Positions 1 through 11,339 of a stretch of 64,000 bases of DNA are shown in pieces. The stretch's first letter is position 1, and every line of letters begins with the position of its first letter. Below the pieces are notes generated by a model. It was not told the origin of the DNA. It worked only from the letters and a program-made list of their open reading frames with translations, and made no database searches. The position numbers were made by a program, and so were the translations under genes. The DNA lies in contig JAYWIR010000095.1 in assembly GCA_036172245.1 (NCBI GenBank), positions 1 to 64,000 on the forward strand, given 5' to 3'. Source of the DNA: Raillietiella orientalis. Lineage: Eukaryota.

Positions 1-1394
1 AAAGAAAGGCATCTTTTTTACATCTCGAGATGTGAAGGAATGCGAGACCATATTCGGTATACGTACGTCCGTGTGCTGAAAAAGTATGCAATCCCATTTG
101 TCATACATATTTGTTTATTATATGTATATTAATAATGTAGCAACAGCGTTTTCCCGATATTATTTACAAGAAAGAATGATCGCGAAATTATTTTTTTATT
201 TATTTTACTGTGATTCAAATAATGGGTACAGAGAAACTGCTCAGCCTCTACAGCAAGATTGTGCCTTCAACAACACATTCAAGAACCAGAATTCCTTTCT
301 GGTAGGAAGAGAAAAAAAAATCAGCAACCATCCCTTAATTAAATAGAACCCTTCATCCGCAGCCGTGCGTTTCTGAGCATGTACGCATCTTTGACCCGTT
401 TTCCTGGCATTCGTCTTCTCACGAGACGAGCTGGAGTGAAACGTTCGGATGTCGGGTCAGGTGGAGCGGCTGCAGGATAAAGTTGCGTGGCAAACATTCA
501 CTGCCAGTGTTTCCTATTTGTTTATTACCGAAGTCATTTTTCATACTTAGGGTCTCTCGCAGAAATACCGCTTCTTCTTCACACGAAGAGCGAACATTAG
601 CACATAATTCTTGTTAAGGTTTCGCCCCGAAATCAATGTTTACCGAGGATCACGCCAGCGTCTTCGCATTCGTCCCTCATTCGGCAAATAAACCACAAAA
701 CCAACGCAAAGAAAAGATCAAAATATTTTTTCGATCCGTTCGAATTTTCGAAACGGTGCTCGAAGTCGGTGCGGATGGGGAAACTCTTCACTTCGCGCTT
801 GGAAGAGCTCCGAGGTGTGCGTCAATTAAAAGAAATGATTCCCAAAGACGCAGCTTTCACGCATGGGAATCGCGTAGATTACGCTTCTACGAAGTTTTGT
901 GATCTTCGTTATGGCTCTTTATTCCTGATGTAGCTGTGTGCTCTGAATCTGAAATTCCCCTGCTCTCGAATTTGCCTCGTGGTGCAAGTCCCCTTTGTGA
1001 TATACGCAGGCGTCCAGACGGTTAACGCGCATGCCCTAAGTGGATGAGTGGTTTCAAAGCAAACAGCCGTGGAACGGAAAGCAGACTCTGAAATCAAGGC
1101 AATGCAATTTTTGTAACTCCATGGTTATTCACAGCTATCGAGAGGCAGCAGGGCGCGTACCGCATCACCATCAGTCTGCGTGGAATCACTGCGCAAAGCA
1201 GCTTCCTTGAAAAAAACGGCAACAAAAATGGACGAGATGCTCGATAGCCGGCCAGGCGCTGCAGGTGCAAACTAGGAGAATCAACTCTCACTCAGATGTT
1301 TCTAAGGGAAACGCGCTCCAACCCACTGGAAGCGGAGAAGCACAAATCAGCTTTGCTTGCCCTGAATTCTGAATTCCTTTTTCGTTCCTGGAAA

Positions 1395-3750
1395 GTATCC
1401 CAGGATCCACGTGGTCCCCGTTGGCACGAAGGCGGCTCCTTCGTGAGCGGAAAAGGGAAAACTCGAGTGTCCCAGGATCCACGTGGTCCCCGTTGGCACG
1501 AAGGCGGCTCTTTCGTGAGCGGAAAGGGAAAACTCGAGTGTCCCAGGATCCACGTGGTCCCCGTTGGCACGAAGGCGGCTCCTTCGTGAGCGGAAAAGGG
1601 AAAACTCGAGTATCCCAGGATCCACGTGGTCCCCGTTGGCACGAAGGCGGCTCCTTCGTGAGCGGAAAGGGAAAACTCGAGTGTCCCAGGATCCACGTGG
1701 TCCCCGTTGGCACGAAGGCGGCTCCTTCGTGAGCGGAAAAGGGAAAACTCGAGTGTCCCAGGATCCACGTGGTCCCCGTTGGCACGAAGGCGGCTCCTTC
1801 GTGAGCGGAAAAGGGAAAACTCGAGTGTCCCAGGATCCACGTGGTCCCCTGGCACGAAGGCGGCTCCTTCGTGAGCGGAAAAGGGAAAACTCGAGTGTCC
1901 CAGGATCCACGTGGTCCCGTTGGCACGAAGGCGGCTCCTTCGTGAGCGGAAAAGGGAAAACTCGAGTGTCCCAGGATCCACGTGGTCCCCGTTGGCACGA
2001 AGGCGGCTCCTTCGTGAGCGGAAAAGGGAAAACTCGAGTGTCCCAGGATCCACGTGGTCCCCGTTGGCACGAAGGCGGCTCCTTCGTGAGCGGAAAAGGA
2101 AAACTCGAGTGTCCCAGGATCCACGTGGTCCCCGTTGGCACGAAGGCGGCTCCTTCGTGAGCGGAAAAGGGAAAACTCGAGTGTCCCAGGATCCACGTGG
2201 TCCCCGTTGGCACGAAGGCGGCTCCTTCGTGAGCGGAAAAGGGAAAACTCGAGTGTCCCAGGATCCACGTGGTCCCCGTTGGCACGAAGGCGGCTCCTTC
2301 GTGAGCGGAAAAGGGAAAACTCGAGTGTCCCAGGATCCACGTGGTCCCCGTTGGCACGAAGGCGGCTCCTTCGTGAGCGGAAAAGGGAAAACTCGAGTAT
2401 CCCAGGATCCACGTGGTCCCCGTTGGCACGAAGGCGGCTCCTTCGTGAGCGGAAAGGGAAAACTCGAGTGTCCCAGGATCCACGTGGTCCCCGTTGGCAC
2501 GAAGGCGGCTCCTTCGTGAGCGGAAAAGGGAAAACTCGAGTGTCCCAGGATCCACGTGGTCCCCGTTGGCACGAAGGCGGCTCCTTCGTGAGCGGAAAAG
2601 GGAAAACTCGAGTGTCCCAGGATCCACGTGTACCCCGTTGGCACGAAGGCGGCTCCTTCGTGAGCGGAAAGGAAAACTCAGTCCCAGGATCCACGTGTCC
2701 CCGTGGCACGAAGGCCCCACAAAAAACCCCCAGGATCCACGTGGTCCCCGTTGGCACGAAGGCGGCTCCTTCGTGAGCGGAAAAGGGAAAACTCGAGTGT
2801 CCCAGGATCCACGTGGTCCCCGTTGGCACGAAGGCGGCTCCTTCGTGAGCGGAAAAGGGAAAACTCGAGTGTCCCAGGATCCACGTGGTCCCCGTTGGCA
2901 CGAAGGCGGCTCCTTCGTGAGCGGAAAGGGAAAACTCGAGTGTCCCAGGATCCACGTGGTCCCCGTTGGCACGAAGGCGGCTCCTTCGTGAGCGGAAAAG
3001 GGAAAACTCGAGTGTCCCAGGATCCACGTGGTCCCCGTTGGCACGAAGGCGGCTCCTTCGTGAGCGGAAAAGGGAAAACTCGAGTGTCCCAGGATCCACG
3101 TGGTCCCCGTTGGCACGAAGGCGGCTCCTTCGTGAGCGGAAAAGGGAAAACTCGAGTGTCCCAGGATCCACGTGGTCCCCGTTGGCACGAAGGCGGCTCC
3201 TTCGTGAGCGGAAAAGGGAAAACTCGAGTGTCCCAGGATCCACGTGGTCCCCGTTGGCACGAAGGCGGCTCCTTCGTGAGCGGAAAGGGAAAACTCGAGT
3301 ATCCCAGGATCCACGTGGTCCCCGTTGGCACGAAGGCGGCTCCTTCGTGAGCGGAAAAGGGAAACTGAGCGGAAAAGGAAAACTCGAGTGTCCCAGGATC
3401 CACGTGGTCCCCGTTGGCACGAAGGCGGCTCCTTCGTGAGCGGAAAACACGGGAAAACTCGAGTGTCCCAGGATCCACGTGGTCCCCGTTGGCACGAAGG
3501 CGGCTCTTTCGTGAGCGGAAAAGGGAAAACCGAGTGTCCCAGGATCCACGTGGTCCCCGTTGGCACGAAGGCGGCTCCTTCGTGAGCGGAAAAGGGAAAA
3601 CTCGAGTATCCCAGGATCCACGTGGTCCCCGTTGGCACGAAGGCGGCTCCTTCGTGAGCGGAAAAGGGAAAACTCGAGTGTCCCAGGATCCACGTGGTCC
3701 CCGTTGGCACGAAGGTGGCCCCTTCGTGAGAGGAAAGAGAAAACTTGGGC
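1395..3750. repeat. 72-bp tandem satellite/minisatellite array, ~33 copies
   Basis: Unit CCCAGGATCCACGTGGTCCCCGTTGGCACGAAGGCGGCTCCTTCGTGAGCGGAAAAGGGAAAACTCGAGTGT starts at 1399, 1471 and so on (period 72, or 71 where a homopolymer is shorter). Units are near-identical with no unique spacers. The last unit (~3680-3750) is degenerate. Confidence 0.98.
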
Positions 3751-5930
3751 AGTGTAAAATTGACAGGAAAGGGAAGTACCTTCAGAGGTAAGAAAATGGA
3801 GCTATTAGGGGAAAATCACTCATGTTTGAATCCTCGAGGCGAGCGTTCAGTTTCCGGAAACGAAGGCATCGAATCGGAATAAAATGGAAAATGAATGCAG
3901 TTGTGACCACGTCAAGACGTTCCCTCGATGCCCACGGCGTGATTGTGTGCATTGTGTTTGGAGTGTGAAAGCACTGATGCTTGCGAACGGAGCTTCGAAA
4001 TTTTCAAAGTAAACTAAAGAAGAGGGGATGGATACCTGCCTTAGTTGGTGAACCGAATGCTGAGGTGCGATCCCAAGGATGCGGCAGGTAGTAAGAAAGA
4101 TCAAAAGGGCAGAAAGAGCGATCTGATTTGCGCGTCGCCGCAAGAAATTTTCGCAAAGACAAAACCATCCCTGTGGGCTTTTCCAGAGGCTACAGAGCCC
4201 CTGGAAAATTTCTTATCGGAGATCGCGGAGATTTCTTGGAATATGATACACGATGACCATGAAACACCTTCCAGTTTTGCCAAGTGCAAAAAGTGGCGCT
4301 TCCGCACCAACGATTTAAACGCATCGGATAAATCACTCGAATGAAAGTTCAATAAAAATTTTTAACAGTTCGACACTGCCGGCGCCAGGGAACAGGGAGG
4401 GATATTTTTTTCCGTCCAAGATATCTTCTTGCACTGATTGTGTAGGTGATTTCTACTAAGAAAGAATGGTCAAATGTGTAACTCTGTTTCCTATTTTTTT
4501 TTTGTCCAAGATCGAGAAATTTGCAGAGTCGTTGGGCTCGTCGGGTCAAAGTTCCGCGATTGGTAACTGGAAGAGTCCCCGAAAGACGGACCGGAGCTGC
4601 ACAGCGCGGAACTCCATCAGGACGGAAATCTGTTCCATACCAGAGCGTGAATCTCTCTCTCTCCTTAGGTTAGCTGAGAGCGCTAAGAACCGCAAGCAAA
4701 GGATGACGATGAACAAAGGATAAATGTCCCCTCTTAGATTCGCCCTTTTTTCGACCGGCGGTTCCGTCCACTATCGCGTCTGGTGTGAAAGAAGGACGAG
4801 CAGCGTTGCTGGCTTTTTCCCTTTCCTTTCCAGTCACCCTATCAAACAGACTTCTTCGTCGTTGCGGTGGTGGTCTTCGAAATGCCAGCGATGGTGGCGA
4901 TGTGATGTCGAGAGCTCATTGCCGAAGATATACAATCCGTTCGGAGGTCTTTCCAATTAGGCACGGGTGCCTTGAAGACCTCGAAAGAACTTTCCGCAGG
5001 GCTTTCGCATGGCTCCATTTCTGTTTTGTTTTTTTCCAAGCCATTTTCATGCCAACGTGGAACTCCCTTGGCTGCTCGTTGATTTCCATACCTGCGCACA
5101 CAGCATCAATCTCAAGGGGGGGGGGGTGTTCGCCACCCCTGCGTGCGTGAGTTGTCCACATAAGTACACGAATGCTTTTCGTCTTCACAGCCTGCGGGAA
5201 AAACCGCGCAGAAAGCGCGTTGAGCACACCACCGCGTGTCCTGTACACCACGACTGCTTGGGAGAGTGGCAGAGAAATGGATTTCCTATCGATAGTTGTT
5301 TGTGGGATGTCTTCGCGGTTCCATAAATTCTTGCAGGTTCCATAAAAGGGAATGAGGCTCTCTGGTTTCCCGAACGGAAGGGGGAAAAGTAAAGAAAGAG
5401 GGGGGGGGGGAGAGAGAGAGAGAGAAAAAAATTTTTTTTTTTTTTTTTCCTCTTAGGACGTAAAGTAGGCTGAGATTTCTCACCTCTCTCGATCACCATC
5501 ATATTTGTAAGAAAATTCCTCTCTTACTTAGCGTGGTTTTTCCTTTGAAAATCGCCCTTTCCAATCAACGTGGAGCGATCAGCCGAAATCGCCCACAATT
5601 AGAGGATAAGGGAAGAAAGAATTTCGCAACTCGGAAAACAAGAGTGGAACGAGAACGCGAGCATCCTAATGGCTCGGTGCGCTTGTTATTCTTGAATTCC
5701 TCTCTTCCTCGGGCGGGGAAGAAGTGGGCAAGAGGCGAGAGCTGGGCAACGCGTTGCTGAACTTCCCGGATGCATAATGAAGAAGTGAGGCTCCGAGAGC
5801 GATTTCCGAACTCTCCCAGCGGTCGCCGTCGAGCGCGCGTGATCGCTCCCCCGCCTGCGTGCCTCGATGGCCACCACTCGGCCGAGCAGCGCGCGCGCGC
5901 CGAGGAGGAATTTTCGGATCCTGACGTCCC

Positions 5931-6025
5931 TCCCCCCTTCCTCCTCCTCCCCCCTCCCCCTTCCCATCCCCCCCCCCCCCCCTCCACCGCCGCCGCCGCC
6001 GCCGCCGCCACCGCCGCCGCCGCCG
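5931..6025. repeat. poly-C tract followed by (GCC)n trinucleotide microsatellite
   Basis: C-run at ~5968-5982, then CCGCCG... at 5987-6025 with one interruption; sits in a CpG-rich patch. Confidence 0.9.
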
Positions 6026-6329
6026 AAGAGGTGCGTTTTCCAAAGGAGGTGCACACTCGGAAAGAGCAAATCACGGCGGAGCGTCATTAATTACGGTCGC
6101 CATTACTCCTAGAGGAAATGAGAACTCTTTTCGAATTTTAAATCACACGAAATGGTCCCTGGAAAACACGGAACGTTGGAATACACGCCGGATAAAAGGA
6201 AACTGGCAAGAAGGGCGAAGGCCTTCGGATCGGTTTCTTTTCACTTTTAGTAAGTGACTTCATAAATCCCGTCTTTAGCAGGGATGATGAGGTTTTTATG
6301 CTAAAGTAATATTTTACTCATGAATGTTC

Positions 6330-6370
6330 CTTTTTTCTTTTTCTTCTTCTTCTTCTTCTTCTTCTTCTTT
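6330..6370. repeat. (TTC)n microsatellite
   Basis: Directly visible TTCTTCTTC run. Confidence 0.9.
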
Positions 6371-6639
6371 CCTCTCCCTCCAGGAATTTTCATCTTGGAA
6401 CGGAGAGGAAATATGCGTTCTCGAAAGTCCTGCTGGAGACGGTTGAGTACGGATCCATTGTTGTTCAGGTCATTGATTAAGAGAAGGTTCGGATCAAATA
6501 AATAGGATGGATGTTTCGGCCTCTCCTCCGATGGCAAGAAAGAAGCATAAATCTGCTGCTGGTGTGGAGTGGCTTCACGGAAACGGCAGGTAAAAAAAAA
6601 AAAACGCGGAGTGGAGGAGGATCCGATAAGCCGCATCTT

Positions 6640-7050
6640 CCGACACCAGAAGCAGCCGAAAGAGGGCAGCAGGGTGTGGAGATGCGCTGGAGGGATCGTC
6701 TGCCGGGGGGGCGCTTCGGTTTTCGCTCCCCCCACCTCGAGACGAGTCGGGGTCTCGAGGCGAAGCATCCCGTCCGGTAACCTCTCGGTAAAGTCCGTGC
6801 GGCACTGTCCAAAGGTCACCACCTTCGGTCCTCTCTGTCGGGACGGCAGCGGCGGAGCGGAAGTCGGAAACGGAAGTCGACGCCCCCGCCTCTTCTCCCC
6901 CTTCCGAGTCGGGCACCTCCCACTTCCGGACGAGGCTTCTATCGCGCGCACTTCCTGGAGTCCTCCATGTTGGGCGCGCCAGAAACGTTCGAATCCCGCA
7001 GCGCTGCGGGGAGCCGCGCGCGTCTTCGAGCGGGTCCGCTTCCCGTCGCG
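6640..7050 (-). mobile_element. possible decayed non-LTR ORF1 (gag-like) remnant
   Basis: Minus-strand peptide GMLRLETPTRLEVGG...HLHT..CP loosely resembles the L1/Tx1 ORF1 'P-s-x-l-x-i-gG' segment that precedes a zinc knuckle. Needs frameshifts; weak. Confidence 0.2.
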
Positions 7051-8473
7051 GCGGCCGCCAGAGCCCTCCCCCTCTCGCCAACACACAGAGAGGTGCGCCA
7101 GCACCAGCCCTCCGTTTAATGGGATGGAGACTCGCAGATCTCCTCTCCGCGTTCTGGTGCATGCGCGACCACCTCCGTCCCCTGGTCCCCCACCCCACCC
7201 CACTTTTTTTCCTTTTTTTCGCGCGTCCGTTCCTGGGCTTTGGATCCCATGCCCCTGCCCCTTCGATGGCGATCCCTCTCTTGCGTCCCGCTCGATCTCC
7301 GCTTCCTCTCGGCTCCGTGGCGCGTCTCTGGAGAGACGGCCTCCCTTCCCTGACTCCTTCGGTCTTTCCCAGCCCTCTGGGGACAGGCGACCGCCGACGG
7401 AAGCGCAAGCGGGCCGCGGCCACTTTTCCTTAGGCCAGCTTCCCGGCATCGCGAGGAGAGTAAATCACCGCACATCACTCCCGTGATACGCGTGATGGGG
7501 GGGAGGGGGGTGATAAATCAACTTGGACGGGTGCCGATAGCCGGCTCCGTTTCGTCCGCAGCCAGGAGCTCTGGCATGGATCGTCTCCGTCCACCTTCTC
7601 AACCAGGTAGGCCGAGAGATGGCGGAAAAAGGGGTAGGGTGCAAAGAGACAGAGGGGCGCCGTCCCTGCCCACTCCTTCCGGAGCTGCGAGAGGGCGCGC
7701 ATGCGGCGGCTACGGTTCTCTTCCTCAGGAACCCTTCGGTGTTTCTTTCCTACCACGGAAGAGGATGGGATGAGTGGGCAGAGGCTCTCCCGTCCTTTCA
7801 CAGAGACATCCCCGCCACGCAATTTCCGGAAAGTTCGATCTTCCCTGGAAATCGGCCGCACTGGTTTTTCCCACCAGGACCGTATCGCGCTGGACATCCC
7901 TCGGGGCCTGCATCGGCACATCTCCAGGGGCTAACCGGGGGGGATCGAGCGTTACCCACTAACTTACAGTCGAACACTCCATTTGCAGGAGCCGGGGGGT
8001 GTCCTTTAGCGCCTCACTAAGAAGTGATGCAGCCCCAGTGGAGCCGGAGAAAACCAACTGCGGTAGACGAGAAGATGTCATGGGAGATCGTTGGTCGTTG
8101 ATGAAGCAGCCGGAGTTTCGCAGGGCGCCGTGGATCGAGAGAGCGTGGGCGCGACCTTCCTGCTGGCATTTTTTGGGGGAGATGAATTCACGGCTTCGAG
8201 ATGGCCTCTGTCACCGTTGACTGGGAAGCTGCGGGCATCCTTCCTCCTTGCCTCCTCCTACCTAAAGGTGGTGGAAGAAAGGAGGAAGGGAGGAGGAGGA
8301 GCAAGAGAGTCCGCAGCTTCCCAGTCAAAGGTGACAGAGACAATCCCGAAGCCACGGGATCTAATGGCGTTTCCGCGGACCGGGGCAGAAAGGAGGAGGG
8401 GTAGCGGACACAGAAGATCCGAAGCTGCTACTCGACCACCTTCCCAGCCCGACTCACGCGGATTGGTTTAATA

Positions 8474-10000
8474 TCTGGTTGCGCCGGGACATTTATTTAT
8501 ATAAAAAGATAAAAATATATATATGTCAGTGGAAGGACGCTTGGTCCTGTCACGATGTAACCATGGGAACCTGTCGACGACCGGCACACAGGCCGGCGAG
8601 GTCCTCCTCGGCAGCAGAGGAAGAGGGAAAACAAAAGAGAAAGAAAAGAAACAAAAATAATATAGAGAGAAAAATGGGGAGGGTCCGGAAGGGATCACTG
8701 AGTGCTGGAGGACGTCATCCTATGCAGGATGCCGGCGAGTTCCTGTTTCGATGCACCCGATGGGTCCGTCTCGACGCGATCCTCATGAAGAGGACAGCAA
8801 AATAGATGGCTTCCCTGTCGTCCTTGCCTCTGGCATTGTTTCATGCAAACACGATCCCGCCGCGTGGGCAGCAAAGTGCTGCTAGGGGTGCGGCCGGCGT
8901 GAGGGCGTCGCTCAGGAAGAGGCACTTCAAAAGGTCTCTGAGGTTACCCTCGAGGATCCGCAGGGACGCGGGAAAGCGTTCCCGCAAAGGGCGGAGGGCA
9001 ACACAATCCATGAGCAGGTGCGGGGGAGAATCTCTCTCTTCGTACCTGCTGCAGTTGGAGCTCTCACTCCCTCGGGTCCAACGGTGTTGGCGGGCGTTGC
9101 ACGAGAGACCCCAATGCAACAGAAGGATCGCCGACTCTTGCCACTTTAGGGGGAGGGCTGCACTGCTCCAGCACGCTGCGGGCCACTCCTCTGCATTAAT
9201 TCTCAGCATCTCTCCCCAACGTAGCAGTCCTTTTGGAGGGACACTAGGGATGGAAGCATCTATCGGCTCCCGAGTTGACAGATGGATCCCCCAATCCTGA
9301 GGATTGGTCGGCAGGCCAACGTGTCACCCGTGCCTCCCGAGTAAGGAAAGGCCGGAGGTGGGTGGAGAGGAGGAGGAAAGAAAAACGGGATCCTCGGGTC
9401 TGTTTCGAGAGTTGAAGGGAAGGAGGAGGTGGAAAGGGGGAAGAAGGGAGGAGGAGGAGGAGCGGTGGATCAGTGTTACCCGGAAAATTGGGCGCTTTGC
9501 GGAAGATGCCCGCGGAAGCGCGGGTTTTTCCAGAGAGAGAGCCACGACATCCGTTCGCTTCGTCGCCTCTCCGGTCCGGGCCTGCCAGCCGTGTCATTCG
9601 GTAGGAACCGCCGCAGGAGGGAGCCTCCCGGGAAAGAAAAGAAACAGGCGGCTCCAGAAGAGGTTCCATTGCAGCTGCCATTGAGAGAACCATCTCGACC
9701 GGAGGGACTCCCCAACGACGGTCGTCACGGGAGCGACCTCCTTGTGATGAGGCTGCCCACGAAGTCCCGCGAGCTGGTTTCTGCAAAGTGACAACGGGAT
9801 GTTTGGCGTTCGATCAACGACATCTCGTCTTTCTGTCCATGTCGGGGAAAGGGTGGCCAGGTCTCCACGGAAACTCGTGTTCCAGGTGGCTTACTCTGCA
9901 CGTACGTGTCGGAAGTCAGCCAGAAGGACGGGAAGCGAGGGAAGGAGTGCTGAGATGGGTGTCATCTCCATGAAAGCACCATCACTGAGCATCTCTGAGG
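8474..10000 (-). mobile_element. L1/Tx1-like non-LTR retrotransposon, copy A (3' ORF2 + 3'UTR, decayed)
   Basis: Minus-strand translations LPLKWQESAILLLHWGLSCNARQHRW...PHLLMDCVALRPL (zf-RVT-like), SRDDRRWGVPPVE (decayed GGWG/GGLG motif) and DTYVQSK (thumb). T-rich 3'UTR; family terminus motif at 8474-8497. Confidence 0.8.
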
Positions 10001-10790
10001 CCAGTGTAAAGGGAAGAAGGAGGAGGGTTCGTCTCCCTCAGAAATGGGGCAGCTTTCTCCTGTACATGGGAAGCATCCCCTAAAGCGGCCCTTTCTGTAG
10101 TGTCCCGTCCGCCAGAGCCGCCGTTCTGCAGGATCGTGACGCGTCTGGGGGAAAGAAGCGGCCGACGAATGAGTCCCTGGGGAGCACTGCCTTCTTACTC
10201 GAGACGGGGAGGGGGGGGACTGAAGGAGACGTCGGTTCGACCCAATCCCAGCCAGAGAAAACGGAATTTCCCCCTCCTCTTTTTCCCATCATCTCATTCC
10301 TTAATACCGTTCCCCGATTCCCGGAGGCAGGCAGGGAGTGGCTGTGCCCGTCAGCATCTCGATAGACACGGCCTCGGAGGTCAGTCGTCCCCAAGAGAAG
10401 GAGTCTGGCATCCGAAAGGGGTTGTCCTGGCCTTCGAGCGCTCCATTGTCCCGAACGGCATCCATGAACCATCTTCCTGGTGTCGGACTTCCCAGAATAG
10501 GAGAAGGCAGCTGATTCGAAGACGGGAAGACCCTCCTGTTTGAGCAGAGAGGGGTGGGTTGCTGTGTGAGCTTTCGTCCGACGCCAGAGAGCGCTCAGGG
10601 GATCTATGTTCCACGGGGGAACCCACCGCAACTCACACCCGAGCCCCACTCTTCGCCTTTCTCCCATAATCTGCTTTCCAGAGGTCCTGTCCACTTGCGA
10701 CGCATCCGGCGTGTCCCGTGGGCAGTGCTCTGGAAAACAGGGAGTGCGGACGACGCCAATCGCACGTGTGGAGACGGCTCCCTAGCAGCA
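10001..10790 (-). mobile_element. probable decayed RT core continuing copy A
   Basis: Minus-strand RRPGQPLSDARLLLLG (~10385-10435) resembles the RT motif RQGDPLSPxLFxL and LLGSRLH (~10765-10790) resembles the domain-2 LAxRL, in the expected order upstream of the thumb. No intact YADD seen. Confidence 0.35.
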
Positions 10791-10799
10791 AGGCTGGCG

Positions 10800-11335
10800 A
10801 CCCTCTGCTTACCAATCCGCTTGTCCAGCTACTTCCGGTGCTGGAAAGAACATCCCGACGAGAACTCTATGCCTCGAGAGGCTGCTGGAAATCCCCCTGG
10901 AAGATCTCAAGTGTCTCCCGCTGCTTCTGAACATCCGCACCTTCCCACACAAGTGGCAATTCTGCTGCTGCACTGCGGTCTCCGACATCACCGGACCCAG
11001 GGGCGGGATGAGTCCGAACTGCAGCGTGGATCAGTGTTACCCGGAGAATTCGGCGCTTTGCGGTAGCAGCAGACGCGGGAAGCAGGGGCCTCTCCCGCAC
11101 GTGCTCGTGGGTTGTGGTGCCGCCGCCCTCCGGCCCCTGTGGGAACGCTTCGTCCCGACGGTGACCCCAGAGACGTTGGCTCTTTGTATGGGATGCCTTG
11201 CCTCCGGTCGCGCCCCCCCACCAGCTCTTTGCTGTTCACAAGGGATTGTGGCTGCGTGGAGTGACGTCGAGAGTGGCGAAGACGACGAGGATGCCATCCA
11301 TCCATCTCGCGATGCGCATCGCGAGGATCGCGTAG
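10800..11335 (+). mobile_element. L1/Tx1-like copy B, 5' part (interrupted by copy C)
   Basis: Plus-strand AILLLHCGL..PNCS..PLPHVLVGCGAAALRPLWERF...ALCCSQGIVAAWS matches the zf-RVT/C-terminal region of the other copies. Confidence 0.8.
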
Positions 11336-11339
11336 AGTT

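Noticed and set aside
1066..1125. U4 snRNA-like 3' segment with Sm-site-like AATTTTTG
   Set aside because: Only patchy similarity; no U4 5' domain or convincing 3' stem-loop.
1399..3750. CRISPR array (palindromic direct repeats)
   Set aside because: Units are head-to-tail with no unique spacers, there are no cas genes, and the context is eukaryotic.
1288..3791. Long ORFs (801, 787, 450 aa and others) across the array
   Set aside because: Artefact of a 72-bp (multiple of 3) unit with no minus-strand stop codons; frames switch at homopolymer indels.
8785..8801. 17-bp match ATGAAGAGGACAGCAAA shared with 43241-43257
   Set aside because: No flanking similarity; one such match is plausible by chance in 64 kb.
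9471..9490. hAT-like TIR start CAGTGTTACCCGG (also at 11032)
   Set aside because: It aligns with the antisense body of LINE copy D (~31765-31790), and there is no partner TIR or 8-bp TSD.
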